DNA of 64,000 nucleotides from assembly GCA_023957245.1 (NCBI GenBank), contig JAMLHJ010000015.1, positions 4,542 through 68,541 on the forward strand. Reading direction: 5' to 3'. The position numbers and the translations under genes are program-made. The stretch comes from Chitinophagales bacterium. GTDB taxonomy: Bacteria; Bacteroidota; Bacteroidia; Chitinophagales; JADIYW01. Under the pieces are notes generated by a model, which saw only the letters and a program-made list of their open reading frames with translations, was not told where the DNA came from and did not search any database. Of this stretch, positions 1 through 11,147 are shown piece after piece. Each line of letters starts with the position of its first letter. The stretch's first letter is position 1.

Positions 1-2609
1 AACAGCGCAAAGGTATTGGGACTTAGCTTTTTCAGAATTTCTACCACCGTGCTTCTTTTCAAATTGGTAAGTGCTTCTATTTCGCCCACCATATCGTAAG
101 CTACTTGGGTGTATAAATCTGAACTAAGTTTTTTAGAATCGGTTTTGGTGATGCTGATGGCAGTACCTTCTTTCAATTCTTCTTTAGAGATTTCCTCTTT
201 CTGTCCACCGGTTTTTATTTCGTAACGGCGTTCGGAAATATGCAAATCGGCATTCAATCTAATCGTACTTTCATTAATTAATTTTTCGGTATCAAAGTTG
301 ACTTCATAGACGGTTTTTAGACTGATTTTTTTCCAGAGTTCTTGAAATTCTTTTTTGGCAAAATTTTTATTGACGACAAGGTTCATGGTTTTCCTTTCGT
401 CTTCGGCTTTGATGCCATCGCCATTGTACACTGATTGCAGCAACTGGGCTACCGCAGTGGCATAAGCAGTAAGGGTTTCGGGTACAGGCACTTCATTTTT
501 TTCGATAAGGATTTTGCCATCGGCGGTGATTTTATCGTCCTCATCTAGGATGTCGTGTTTGTACAAAAATTTATTGAGTTTTTTGGCTTCGTCATCGGTC
601 AAACGCAGGGTTTCGCCCAATTCGTTGGTCAGCACTTTGCCCAGGAAGAATTTGGTATCGGCTTTCACCGGTCTTTCTTTCAGCGATTTGGCAATTTCGG
701 TTTGTAGGCCTTTGGCAAAATCTTCATAACTTTCGGAAGCGATGACGGTGAGCACATTCACTTGATGCACTTGCTCGCCCAGGAGTTCAAAATCTTGACG
801 AACGCCGTGTTTATCCACACACAAACGCATACCACGCCCTACCTCTTGTCGGCGGCGGGTTTGGCTACCAGCATCTATATTTTTGAGTGCACAGATTTGG
901 AAAACATTGGGATTGTCCCAACCTTCTTTGAGTGCCGAGTGGGAAAAGATAAAACGGGTAGGCTCTTCAAAACTCAAAAGCCTTTCTTTGTCTTTCATGA
1001 TTAAATCATAAGCCGATACATCATCCGAATCTTCGCTACCTCTTTTGATGGTAGAATCTACAGGGCGGCCTTTTTTGTCGATGGAGAAATATCCGTTGTG
1101 TACTCTGTCGGCATCATCGCGTTGTAAATAACCCAAATAAGAACCGGGAGCATAAGCTTTGTGCGCTTTATGGGCATCGGTTTCTAATACAAAATCGTTG
1201 TAGTCTTGAGAGAAAAGATCCATAAATTCATGAACAACTTTTCGGTATTCTTCTTCAAAGATCTGAGCGTATTCGCCTAATTCTTCTTCGCCCATCTCGT
1301 TATAGCGTCTGTATTTTTCTACCGAATCGATAAAAAATAAGGACAATACTTTGATGCCTTTATCAAAAAGCGCTTTTTCTTTGTGCAAATGGGAGAGTAT
1401 GGTTTCGCGAATCTGAATGCGACGAAAAACCAATTCGTCATTATCATTCAACACATCACCGGGGTAAATATCTTGTCCATTGATGACGATTTTATTTTTA
1501 TAACCATCAATTTCAGTAATCAAACAGTTTTGATACGCTGGAATGCCACCAGAAATTTCGAACAAATCGGTACCCTGAGCTAGTTTTTCACGCACCCTTT
1601 TCACCCCGTTGCCACTTCGTTTTTCATATTCCAAATACGCCAATGGCGGCTTGTTGGCAGAAAGTACAATTTGCTCTAGGTACAGGTAACCGGTAGTTCC
1701 AGAAGAGCCTTTGAGGTTGATGCCTTTGACTTGGATTTTCTTTACCAGCTTTTTGTTGTAGGCATCGAGTGCATCTAAACGGAAAATTTTATTGTATTCT
1801 TCCACATGGGTGGCAGAATAACGAAGGGTGAAAAGTGGTCTGAAATCTGCCATGCTCGTAAGGGTTGCAGAACCTTCACGCCCGGCAGATTGTGGCTCAT
1901 CTATGATGATGATGGGATTGGTTTGTGCTATAATATCAATGGGTTTACGCGAACCAAACTGATCTAACTCTTGGTAAATTCTTCGGGCATCGGCACCACG
2001 AGCAGCGAAAGCTTGGGTATTGATGACCATCACAGAAATACGGCTATCACTGGCAAAAGTTTCAATATCTTGCGGACGGGAAGAGTTGTAAATAAACGGC
2101 GTAATCTTATGACCATAAATCTCTTGAAAATGCTCTTGTGTCAATTCAAAAGATTTGAAAACCCCTTCACGAATGGCGATGCTTGGCACGATGATGATGA
2201 ACTTGCTCCAGCCGTATTTTTTATGCAAATCGTACATGGTACGGATATAGGTATAAGTTTTCCCGGTACCGGTTTCCATTTCTATGGTGAAATTAGGTCC
2301 GATATTTGCACCTTTTACCGTATCTAATTTTTGATTTTCTATGAGATAATGTGCTCTTTGAGTACCTACAATATTTTCAAGTAATTGGGTTTCGGTAATC
2401 TGAATGGCCGTATTTCGGTAACCAATCAATTCATCTACACCAAAATCTAGGGTGCTTATTCCGCTAGCTTGCTCTTTGGCCTTTCTGAGAATATCACTTG
2501 CTTTTTCAAGTGTAAAATGATTGGTTTTCAAGGTTTGTCCTTCAAAACATTTCTGTACGGCTTCTACAGCTTGTAATTGAAAATTTTGTTCTTTAAATTG
2601 AAGTTTCAT
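1..2609 (-). CDS. res: Type III restriction enzyme Res subunit (partial, runs off window start)
   Basis: Absent from the ORF track; manual minus-strand translation from ATG at 2609 gives MKLQFKEQNFQLQAV...IEMETGTGKTYTY...IIIVPSIAIREG...IIDEPQ...LRYSATH, the typical type III Res helicase motifs. Confidence 0.9.
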   Translation of the reverse strand, partial: MKLQFKEQNFQLQAVEAVQKCFEGQTLKTNHFTLEKASDILRKAKEQASGISTLDFGVDELIGYRNTAIQITETQLLENIVGTQRAHYLIENQKLDTVKGANIGPNFTIEMETGTGKTYTYIRTMYDLHKKYGWSKFIIIVPSIAIREGVFKSFELTQEHFQEIYGHKITPFIYNSSRPQDIETFASDSRISVMVINTQAFAARGADARRIYQELDQFGSRKPIDIIAQTNPIIIIDEPQSAGREGSATLTSMADFRPLFTLRYSATHVEEYNKIFRLDALDAYNKKLVKKIQVKGINLKGSSGTTGYLYLEQIVLSANKPPLAYLEYEKRSGNGVKRVREKLAQGTDLFEISGGIPAYQNCLITEIDGYKNKIVINGQDIYPGDVLNDNDELVFRRIQIRETILSHLHKEKALFDKGIKVLSLFFIDSVEKYRRYNEMGEEELGEYAQIFEEEYRKVVHEFMDLFSQDYNDFVLETDAHKAHKAYAPGSYLGYLQRDDADRVHNGYFSIDKKGRPVDSTIKRGSEDSDDVSAYDLIMKDKERLLSFEEPTRFIFSHSALKEGWDNPNVFQICALKNIDAGSQTRRRQEVGRGMRLCVDKHGVRQDFELLGEQVHQVNVLTVIASESYEDFAKGLQTEIAKSLKERPVKADTKFFLGKVLTNELGETLRLTDDEAKKLNKFLYKHDILDEDDKITADGKILIEKNEVPVPETLTAYATAVAQLLQSVYNGDGIKAEDERKTMNLVVNKNFAKKEFQELWKKISLKTVYEVNFDTEKLINESTIRLNADLHISERRYEIKTGGQKEEISKEELKEGTAISITKTDSKKLSSDLYTQVAYDMVGEIEALTNLKRSTVVEILKKLSPNTFAL

Positions 2610-2616
2610 GAATGTT

Positions 2617-2814
2617 TTACTTACTCGAGTTAATCAATTCTTTTACATCTACATCCAACAGTTTGGCAATGGCTAAAAATGTTTCTATTGACGGTTGGAT
2701 TTCATTGGTTACCCAACGGGAAACAGAAACTTCACTTTTCCCCAATTGCTCCGCTAACCACTTGTTGGTTTTACTTTTTTCGGTAAGAATAACTTTTAAC
2801 CTATTGATTTTCAT
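2617..2814 (-). CDS. XRE-family helix-turn-helix regulator directly upstream of res
   Basis: 65 aa, NRLKVIL...WLAEQLGKSEVSVSRWVTNEIQPS Cro/C1 HTH pattern. Confidence 0.85.
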   Translation of the reverse strand: MKINRLKVILTEKSKTNKWLAEQLGKSEVSVSRWVTNEIQPSIETFLAIAKLLDVDVKELINSSK

Positions 2815-2988
2815 AGATTGTTATTTGATTAACATAAAACGATAAATATAAAAATAAAAGTTATCCTATTTATACGAGTTTTGGATGCGATTAATGCTAA
2901 ACTAAAAATTGTCTAAATTAGTTTGAAGATATATTGTATCAGTATTTTTTTGCACTAATGTTGTACTTGCTGCATATAAAAAATCCCC

Positions 2989-3261
2989 TTACTCATTAAG
3001 CAATTCATTTATCGCCTTAGCCAAGTCAATATCTTTCTCAGTTATCTGATTGTGTTGATCATGAGTCTGTAGCCAAATTTCTACAGTATGATAAGTATTT
3101 TTCCATGTCGGATGATGGTCTGACTTTTCTGCCAAAATAGCTACTTGAGTCATGAACCCAAATGCTTGAACAAAATCTTTAAAAACAATCTTTCTGTAAA
3201 GGCCATTCTCTGTAACCTGCCAATTATTCTCAATATCCACTTCCATAAAACTTCCATTCAT
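2989..3261 (-). CDS. phhB: Pterin-4-alpha-carbinolamine dehydratase
   Basis: [11 protein letters not shown]...AEKSDHHP...THD...ITEKDIDLA signature. Confidence 0.9.
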   Translation of the reverse strand: MNGSFMEVDIENNWQVTENGLYRKIVFKDFVQAFGFMTQVAILAEKSDHHPTWKNTYHTVEIWLQTHDQHNQITEKDIDLAKAINELLNE

Positions 3262-3285
3262 TAATATTCTACTAAAAAATACTCC

Positions 3286-4170
3286 TTATTTATTGCTCGA
3301 ACGATGAGGATAAGGGCATTTTGCAACTATTTTCTCAGGGCCAATTTCTTCCATCTGATAACCATCTTTATAATACTTACGTTTTGCCATGGTACTTCGA
3401 TAGAATGGCTGACTCCTAGGCACTAGACTTTCTAAAAAACTCCTAGTTCTTAATGCGTTCATTACAAAATCACGTATAGGTTTGGCTGGTTCAGGATGAT
3501 GAAATGCCGCTAATAAATGAGGTTCCATTAACGCATGAATAAATGGGCGGAAAGTGTCAAATAAATTTTCAGGGAGATACCAACCAAGATACATATTCTC
3601 GGTAGCATTAGCCAAGAGAACATTATGCTCGCTATATCTGAAATTATTTTTCTCGTAATCAATATGAAATTTCTCTAAAGCTTCGTAAGTATCAGGTATA
3701 TTTTGAATACCCATTGCTTCTCCAATCTCTAACCAAACATAATATAATGCCAACTCTTCACTACGTATTAATTTCCTATATCCAAATTTATTAATCCACC
3801 TCCTACTATCGAAAACAAATGTTGTCAACACATAAATATATTCATCATTAGAAATTTTAAATTGCTGATGAATCCAATTCATTCTATCTAAGGCTTCTTT
3901 CCCCTTGCCTTCTTTTAATCCATGTTCTATTATAAGACTTAATAGTATATCTGTATCATCATAACGTTTCTCTGTATTCCTCTCTAACTCTCTAGTCTGA
4001 TGCAAAACCTTAGATATAGATGGAACGGCATAAGTTTTATATAAAGCCAATTCTAATGCCCGCTCCGCATCCCAAGGAAATTCATAAAACAAAGCAAGAC
4101 GAACGATTTCCCAATAATCTTTTTTAGGATCAAGTTTTTTTATCTTTTTAAATACCTTACTTTCAAACAT
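3286..4170 (-). CDS. MpaB/DUF2236-family oxygenase-like protein
   Basis: LYKTYAVPSIS...KRYDDT...RMNWIH...ISNDEYIYVL pattern. Confidence 0.75.
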   Translation of the reverse strand: MFESKVFKKIKKLDPKKDYWEIVRLALFYEFPWDAERALELALYKTYAVPSISKVLHQTRELERNTEKRYDDTDILLSLIIEHGLKEGKGKEALDRMNWIHQQFKISNDEYIYVLTTFVFDSRRWINKFGYRKLIRSEELALYYVWLEIGEAMGIQNIPDTYEALEKFHIDYEKNNFRYSEHNVLLANATENMYLGWYLPENLFDTFRPFIHALMEPHLLAAFHHPEPAKPIRDFVMNALRTRSFLESLVPRSQPFYRSTMAKRKYYKDGYQMEEIGPEKIVAKCPYPHRSSNK

Positions 4171-4284
4171 TTACTAAAGTTATTCAATAAAAACAACAAT
4201 GTAAATAGTTCTACTTTCTATAAGCTCTTTAAAATTTTAATGAACACAATTCCTTTTTTTGAAGTTATCTTTTTAAATCACAAC

Positions 4285-4317
4285 AAAAAAGGGTATCAGA
4301 TTGCTCTAATACCCTTA
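4285..4317 (-). terminator. Probable intrinsic terminator of glyA
   Basis: AAGGGTAT...ATACCCTT hairpin next to an A-run, just past the glyA stop. Confidence 0.6.
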
Positions 4318-4337
4318 CTATCATTTATCTATAAAAT

Positions 4338-5609
4338 TTATGAATACAATGGATAAGATTGCATTTTTGCATGTATTTTACTACGAATATCTGCAATTAA
4401 TGCATCATTAGTAGGGTTCATCATCGCAGCATCCATCCACTCTACAACTTCAACACAATCCGCTTCATTAAATCCTCTGGTTGTAATAGCAGGAGTCCCC
4501 ACTCTAAGACCAGAAGTGATAAAAGGAGATCGAGTATCATAAGGAACCATATTTTTATTCACAGTAATATCTGCTAACCCCAACACTCTTTCTGCGTCTT
4601 TACCTGTAATATCTTTATTTCTTAAATCTATTAACATCAAGTGATTATCTGTTCCTCCAGAAATCACATGATAACCTTTTGCCATAAATGTATTGGCCAT
4701 CGCTTGAGCATTAGCAATCACTTGATTGGTATAAGAATCAAAATCATCTGTCAATGCCTCTCCAAATGCAACCGCTTTAGCAGCAATCACATGTTCCAAA
4801 GGACCGCCTTGCATACCTGGGAAAACACCCGAATTTAAAATTTGTGACATCATTTTCAATTCGCCCTTAGGTGTTTTTTCACCCATTGGGTTTTCAAAAT
4901 CTTTACCCATCATGATAACACCTCCACGTGGACCTCTCAATGTTTTATGAGTAGTAGAAGTAATAATATGACAATGAGGCAATGGATTATTCAATTTGCC
5001 TTTTGCAATCAAAGCAGCAGGGTGAGCAATATCAGCAAGTAATAAAGCACCTATACTATCAGCTATCTCTCTGAAACGTGCATAATCCCAATCTCTAGCA
5101 TAAGCAGATGCTCCACAAACTATCAGCTTAGGACGATGCTCCTCAGCAAGTGCTTGAACCTTGTCCATATCTATCAAGCCTGTTTCTCTTTCTACACCAT
5201 AGAATACAGGACGATAAACTTTACCAGAAAAGTTTACTGAAGAACCATGTGAAAGATGTCCACCATGTGATAAATCAAATCCCAATACTGTATCTCCAGG
5301 ATTCAATACTGATAAGAAAACCGATGCATTGGCTTGCGCTCCAGAATGGGGTTGAACGTTGGCATACTCAGCACCAAAAAGTTGACATAACCTATCAATA
5401 GCCAATTGCTCAATCTGATCTACAATCTCACAACCACCATAATATCTCTTACCTGGGTATCCTTCTGCGTATTTATTAGTTAAGCAACTTCCCATTGCAT
5501 CTATCACTTGTTGGCTGGTAAAGTTTTCAGAAGCTATCAATTCAATACCATTTCTTTGGCGATGTAGTTCTTGTTGAATCAAATCAAAAATTATATTATC
5601 CCTTTTCAT
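4338..5609 (-). CDS. glyA: Serine hydroxymethyltransferase
   Basis: [35 protein letters not shown]; start placed at MKRDNIIF (5609). Confidence 0.97.
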   Translation of the reverse strand: MKRDNIIFDLIQQELHRQRNGIELIASENFTSQQVIDAMGSCLTNKYAEGYPGKRYYGGCEIVDQIEQLAIDRLCQLFGAEYANVQPHSGAQANASVFLSVLNPGDTVLGFDLSHGGHLSHGSSVNFSGKVYRPVFYGVERETGLIDMDKVQALAEEHRPKLIVCGASAYARDWDYARFREIADSIGALLLADIAHPAALIAKGKLNNPLPHCHIITSTTHKTLRGPRGGVIMMGKDFENPMGEKTPKGELKMMSQILNSGVFPGMQGGPLEHVIAAKAVAFGEALTDDFDSYTNQVIANAQAMANTFMAKGYHVISGGTDNHLMLIDLRNKDITGKDAERVLGLADITVNKNMVPYDTRSPFITSGLRVGTPAITTRGFNEADCVEVVEWMDAAMMNPTNDALIADIRSKIHAKMQSYPLYS

Positions 5610-5723
5610 GCTTAGTTCAATTGGCACAAAGATAAGTTTTTGTGATTTCTTAAAAGATTTAAATCTCAATTATCTCTTTAAATCCAATAATTTTATATTT
5701 TCACATCAAACACAACAAACCTT

Positions 5724-6719
5724 ATGGTAGCTATAATTCCGGTTGCGGGTGCAGGAACCAAGCTGAGGCCGCATACCTACACTCAACCTAAATCATTGAT
5801 ACCCATTGCTGGCAAACCTCTGATTGGTTATATTATCGATCAATTATTAGAGGCAGAAGTAGATAAATTTGTTTTCGTTATAGGATATCTTGGTGACAAA
5901 ATCAGAGAATATATCGATGAATCTTATCCTCATATCAAAAAGCATTATGTCGTCCAGCAATTAAGAGAGGGATTGGGTCATGCTGTATGGCTCACTAAAG
6001 ATGTCATTAAGCAGAAGGAAAAGGTAATCATCGTTCTTGGCGATACGATAATGGATATCGATTTGAAAAAAATCATTAAATCACCTCAATCTGTTATCGG
6101 TGTCAAAAAAGTAGATGACCCTAGATTATTTGGAGTAGCAGAATTTGGCGATAACAATATTATTACCAAACTATCTGAAAAGCCCACTATCCCAATGTCA
6201 AACATGGCAATGGTAGGTTTATATATGGTTAAAAATTTTGGGAAGCTTTACCAAGCTATAGATTATAATATAACAAACAATATCAGAACACACAATGAGT
6301 TTTTCCTCACCGATGGTCTTCAAAAAATGATTGAGGAAGGTGAAATATTTATTGCTGAAAAAATTGAACATTGGTATGATTGCGGCCAGAAAAACATTCT
6401 CTTGAAAACCAACAAAATAATGCTTCAGAGAGATAAAAATGACTATTCTAATCATGAAGGACTTAAGAATACAATAATTATCAACCCAGTTTATATAGGC
6501 AAAAATGCCATTATCAAAAATAGCATTATTGGACCCAACGTTACTATCGGAGATAATGCTGTTGTAGAATATACCATTTTAAGAGATAGTATTATCGGTA
6601 ATTATACTAGGCTTCAAGATGTCGTTTTGGACAGTTCTTTGATAGGCAGTGATTCCGAGATTTATGGTTCTACTCAAAGTTTGAGTATCGGCGACAACAC
6701 TGAATTAGATTTGAGATAG
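5724..6719 (+). CDS. Sugar-phosphate nucleotidyltransferase (glucose-1-phosphate thymidylyltransferase-like)
   Basis: IPVAGAGTKLRPHT...PKSL N-terminus, EKP motif, C-terminal hexapeptide repeats. Confidence 0.88.
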   Translation: MVAIIPVAGAGTKLRPHTYTQPKSLIPIAGKPLIGYIIDQLLEAEVDKFVFVIGYLGDKIREYIDESYPHIKKHYVVQQLREGLGHAVWLTKDVIKQKEKVIIVLGDTIMDIDLKKIIKSPQSVIGVKKVDDPRLFGVAEFGDNNIITKLSEKPTIPMSNMAMVGLYMVKNFGKLYQAIDYNITNNIRTHNEFFLTDGLQKMIEEGEIFIAEKIEHWYDCGQKNILLKTNKIMLQRDKNDYSNHEGLKNTIIINPVYIGKNAIIKNSIIGPNVTIGDNAVVEYTILRDSIIGNYTRLQDVVLDSSLIGSDSEIYGSTQSLSIGDNTELDLR

Positions 6720-6879
6720 GTTTTTATTTGAAACATAAACGATACTTCAATATCTGTAGTTTTAGTATTGGACGGATTACAATTTGCCCTTACAAAATCT
6801 CTTTCTTCTTTCTCACATTTCTAAATTACTTCATTATTTAATTTCCTAATTATCAAGCTATTACACAAAAGACACTAAG

Positions 6880-7800
6880 AAGGCACAAAAGACTCAAAGC
6901 AAATTCTTTGTGAAACTCAGTGCTTCTTTGTGAAACTTTGTGGAATGACTTAGCGTTCTTTGCGGTTAAATTGTATTTCTTAGAGCAAAATGTACAAAAA
7001 GAGCAATGTCATTCCTGCGGAAGCAGGAATCTCATGAAAGGGAAATTAGGTTGGAGATTCCCATTTTCATGGGAATGACAAAATAAGGAGATAGGGCTTC
7101 GACAACCACCAGCATGTTCCACACCTCCACATTACTTCATTAAACTCCGTGTACTTGGTGTAGAAACTTGGTGAGCTTTGTGGTTAAATTTTGGACTACG
7201 ATATTCTTGAAATCAATAAAAGGGTAGCTCCTACGGAGCAATAGTTGGTTGATTATTAATTTTTACCAAGAGGTAGCCTCTAACGAGGCAAACTCATACT
7301 CCACAATTTTCATTCGTACTTCGTACTTTTAACTTCTAATTTTTCAATCTTCCCCATGGTTTCGGCAGGTTGTTGCTGTGTCTTGTCGAAGCACTCAACC
7401 GCCAGCATATCTCACATCTCCACATCTTCAAATTTCCACATCTCCACATTATTTCATTAAACTCCGTGTACTTGGCGTAGAAACTTGGTGAGCTTTGCGG
7501 TTAAATTGTATTTCTTAGAGCAAAATGTACAAAAAGAGCAATGTCATTCCTGCGGAAGCAGGAATCTCATGAAAGGGAAATTAGGTTGGAGATTCCCATT
7601 TTCATGGGAATGACAAAATAAGGAGATAGGGCTTCGACAACCACCAGCATGTTCCAAATCTCCACATCTTCAAATTTCCACACCTCCACATTACTTCATT
7701 AAACTCCGTGAACTTTGCGTAAAACTTAGCGTCCTTTGTGGTTGGCATCGACAGGCTCAGCCACCAGCAAATTTCATCTTACATTTTTCTTCTCACCTTT
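6880..7800. repeat. Mosaic cluster of short palindromic/REP-like repeats with a 164-bp direct duplication (6958-7121 and 7493-7656)
   Basis: GTCATTCCTGCGGAAGCAGGAATCTC...GAGATTCCCATTTTCATGGGAATGAC at 7008-7079 and 7543-7614; GTAG-type hairpins at 7223 and 7272; repeated TTCATTAAACTCCGTG...CTTTGYGGTT modules. Confidence 0.85.
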
Positions 7801-7831
7801 CACTAAATCTTCACATTTCCAAATCTCCTCT

Positions 7832-8602
7832 TTAACCCAATTCTAACTTTGCCATCGTCCACCATTCTTCTAATACTTCCAATTTTGTTTCAGATAGATT
7901 GTATTGGTGACTCAGGGCATACTTTTCCATCCATTGAAAACGGCGGATAAATTTTTTATTGGTCAATTCTAAAGATTTTTCAGCGTCTAAATTCAGCAAT
8001 CTCGCATAATTAATCATGGCAAATAGTACATCTCCCATTTCATTCTCTATCTGAGTTGCATCTTGTTGATGAACAGCTTCTTTTAATTCATTGAGTTCTT
8101 CAAATATTTTATCTACAACCTGATGGGCATTTTCCCAATCAAAGCCTACTTGGCTGACTTTATCTTGTATTCGCTGAGCTTTTACCATGGAAGGCAAACC
8201 TGAAGGCACTCCCTCTAAAATAGATTTTTTACCTTCCTTTAGTTTCAATTTTTCCCAATTGCGCTTCACATCTTCCTCATTTTCAGCTACCACATCACCA
8301 TAAATATGAGGGTGTCTATAAATCAATTTATCACAAACACTATTTAAAACATCAGAAATATCAAAACGATTGGTCTCAGAAGCAATTTTGCTGTAAAAAA
8401 CGAGATGCAACATGATATCTCCAATCTCTTCTTTGATATTATCATCATCCTCATTTATAATAGCATCAGAAAGCTCATAAGTCTCTTCGATGGTCAATTT
8501 TCTTAAAGATTGTATAGTCTGTTTCTTATCCCAAGGACATTTCTCACGCAAATCATCCATTACATTTAATAAACGTTCAAATGCTACTAATCTCTTATCC
8601 AT
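7832..8602 (-). CDS. mazG: Nucleoside triphosphate pyrophosphohydrolase MazG
   Basis: LREKCPWDKKQT, EETYEL, EEIGD, KLIYRHPHIYG, VGFDW. Confidence 0.95.
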   Translation of the reverse strand: MDKRLVAFERLLNVMDDLREKCPWDKKQTIQSLRKLTIEETYELSDAIINEDDDNIKEEIGDIMLHLVFYSKIASETNRFDISDVLNSVCDKLIYRHPHIYGDVVAENEEDVKRNWEKLKLKEGKKSILEGVPSGLPSMVKAQRIQDKVSQVGFDWENAHQVVDKIFEELNELKEAVHQQDATQIENEMGDVLFAMINYARLLNLDAEKSLELTNKKFIRRFQWMEKYALSHQYNLSETKLEVLEEWWTMAKLELG

Positions 8603-8637
8603 CTTATTTTTTGGTATAAAAATACTACATTAGTACT

Positions 8638-9051
8638 ATGAATAAGAACTTACTTCAACAACTTTACATAGGAAAATTTAGCCCTATAAAAATACTAGGG
8701 TTATTTCTATTGTTCCATATCCTATTTGCTATTTCGATATTAGTTTTCAAAATAGAACCTGTCGGAGTATGGATAGGATTTCAGACAATTTTATTATTCT
8801 ATTCTTCTTCAAGTCTTATCATTGGAGCAGTTTCAGAGATAAAAGCCTATTTATACTATCCTCTTATCATTTTGGGCTTTATTGTTTTTTATTTTTTGGG
8901 AAAAAATTTGGCTCAAATATTGTCGAAGACTAGTATCGATGACTTTGAATATCTTAAAAACTTTATAGTCCTTAACTTTTTATATTTTTTTATATTAACC
9001 CTCCTCTCTAATATTTATAGAAAAGCCAAAAAAGCTTTAGAAACTATGTAA
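8638..9051 (+). CDS. Hypothetical membrane protein
   Basis: 137 aa with about four hydrophobic segments. Confidence 0.65.
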   Translation: MNKNLLQQLYIGKFSPIKILGLFLLFHILFAISILVFKIEPVGVWIGFQTILLFYSSSSLIIGAVSEIKAYLYYPLIILGFIVFYFLGKNLAQILSKTSIDDFEYLKNFIVLNFLYFFILTLLSNIYRKAKKALETM

Positions 9052-9094
9052 CAAATTTTCAGCTTTAAATCCACTTTGATTATATCCCCAAAAA

Positions 9095-10357
9095 ATGAAT
9101 AGAGTAGCTCTCAGAACCCTTATTATACTGGCATTTTTGTCAGTAAGTGGTATCATTGCAACTCAATTGTATTGGGTGAGAAAATCTTTGGATTTGCAAG
9201 ATGACCAATTTAATCATAGAGTACATGTTGCTCTCAATAATGTTTCCCAAAAACTCATCGCTAATACCAACAAAAAAATTGAGATTGAAACCTTAAATAG
9301 GATAAGTAATAATTACTATACTATTGATTTTACAGCTCCTGTCAAAGTGCGAAACATTGAAGAATATTTGGTGACGGAATTCAGAAATCAAAGCCTATTA
9401 GAGCCATTTGAATATGCATTATTTGACTGTACTACTGATACCCTCATTTTTGGAAAATATATTTATTCACTTGATATTCAGAATATTGAACACATAAAAA
9501 TTCAATTTCCGCAAGATGAAAACTATTATTTAGGGATTTTATTCCCACGCAAAAAATCATATTTCACGGATGACTGGACAATTTTGGCCGTATTTTCAAT
9601 TGTATTCATCATAGTACTTCTGTTTTTTGCATATTCTATCCTCACCATTTTAAAACAGAAACAAGTTGGGGAAATCAAAAATGATTTTGTCAACAATATG
9701 ACGCATGAATTCAAAACGCCTATTGCAACTATAGGATTGGCTTCAGATGTTTTGATGAGAAAAGATATTTCAAAATTTCCTGAAAAAATATTTCATTACG
9801 CCAAAATTATTTCAGAAGAAAATAAAAGACTCAAAGGGCAGGTAGAAACAGTATTACAAGTAGCACTTACTGATGCTAAAAAAATACAATTAAAAATTGA
9901 GGAACTTGACATTCATGATATTATAATGCAAAATGTCAATAATTTTGAAGTCAGAGCTCAAGAAAGACAAGGTCATATATCCACAAATTTAAATGCCCAA
10001 TCCACCCATATCATGGGAGATAAGATACACATTACCAATATTTTACACAATTTACTAGACAATGCATTAAAATACTGTGATAAGACACCCCAAATATTAA
10101 TAGAAACCAAAAACAAAGGAAATTATATCGAAATTGCTATCCAGGATAATGGAAAAGGAATTGCTGATAATAACCTCCATCAGATTTTTGAAAAGTTCTA
10201 TAGAGTCAGCAGCGGTAACCGTCATGACGTAAAAGGATTTGGTATAGGGTTGTTTTATGTTAAAAATATGATTATAATGCATAAAGGTTCTATTTCCTTG
10301 AAAAGTAAACTTGGGCAAGGAACTACATTTTTTATTAATTTACCTATCAAAAAATAA
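9095..10357 (+). CDS. Sensor histidine kinase (RprX-like)
   Basis: NNMTHEFKTPI H-box, NLLDNALKY, DNGKGI, GFGIGL; two TM segments. Confidence 0.92.
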   Translation: MNRVALRTLIILAFLSVSGIIATQLYWVRKSLDLQDDQFNHRVHVALNNVSQKLIANTNKKIEIETLNRISNNYYTIDFTAPVKVRNIEEYLVTEFRNQSLLEPFEYALFDCTTDTLIFGKYIYSLDIQNIEHIKIQFPQDENYYLGILFPRKKSYFTDDWTILAVFSIVFIIVLLFFAYSILTILKQKQVGEIKNDFVNNMTHEFKTPIATIGLASDVLMRKDISKFPEKIFHYAKIISEENKRLKGQVETVLQVALTDAKKIQLKIEELDIHDIIMQNVNNFEVRAQERQGHISTNLNAQSTHIMGDKIHITNILHNLLDNALKYCDKTPQILIETKNKGNYIEIAIQDNGKGIADNNLHQIFEKFYRVSSGNRHDVKGFGIGLFYVKNMIIMHKGSISLKSKLGQGTTFFINLPIKK

Positions 10358-10362
10358 GCGTT

Positions 10363-11061
10363 ATGGCAAAAAGAATTTTGTTAGTCGAAGATGACCCCAA
10401 TTTGGGTTTTATAGTCAAAGACAATTTAGAAGATAGAGGATATCTTGTCACGCATTGTGAGGATGGCAAAATCGCTGATGAGGTATTGAGTAGAGAGACA
10501 TTTGACCTTCTTTTATTTGATGTCATGATGCCCAAAAAAGATGGCTTTACCTTGGCAGAAGATATTAGGAACAGAAATATTCATACGCCTATTATTTTTA
10601 TGACGGCAAGAGAAATGCTTGAAGATAAAATAAGAGGTTTCAAGGCTGGCGCTGATGATTACATCACTAAGCCATTTGATTTTGAAGAACTTTTCATGAG
10701 AATTGAAGCGGTGTTGAAGAGAAAAAATGTTCAAGAAAGCATTGCTCCTCCACTCAGCAACGAATATACAATTGGACAATTTAAGCTGATAGCACCTGAA
10801 CTCAAATTGGTGGACGGACAAAATAATGTTATCACCATGACTAAAAAAGAAGCTGGATTACTTGAATATTTGGCTAGATATGCCAACCAACCTGTCAAAC
10901 GGGAAGATATTTTACTTTCAATTTGGAAAGATGATAGCTATTTTGCTGGAAGAAGTATGGACGTGTACATCACCAAACTCCGAAAATATTTAAAATCAGA
11001 CCCGAATTTGGAAATTCAAAATGTTCATGGAGTAGGTTTTAAGCTACATATTCAATCTTAA
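10363..11061 (+). CDS. OmpR-family response regulator (RprY-like)
   Basis: ILLVEDD, DVMMPKKDG, GADDYITKPF, RSMDVYITKLRKYL. Confidence 0.93.
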   Translation: MAKRILLVEDDPNLGFIVKDNLEDRGYLVTHCEDGKIADEVLSRETFDLLLFDVMMPKKDGFTLAEDIRNRNIHTPIIFMTAREMLEDKIRGFKAGADDYITKPFDFEELFMRIEAVLKRKNVQESIAPPLSNEYTIGQFKLIAPELKLVDGQNNVITMTKKEAGLLEYLARYANQPVKREDILLSIWKDDSYFAGRSMDVYITKLRKYLKSDPNLEIQNVHGVGFKLHIQS

Positions 11062-11147
11062 TTGACAATAAACAGTGAAAATAACATTGAGCTAATTTTG
11101 ATTGCATTTATTATATCTAACTTAGCTTCTTCATTGAGTATAACATC

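Noticed and set aside
514-2327. Plus-strand ORFs of 66-118 aa
   Set aside because: Antisense shadows of the type III res gene.
6880-7800. Possible CRISPR array
   Set aside because: Repeats vary in length and order, there are no regular unique spacers, and no cas genes are nearby.
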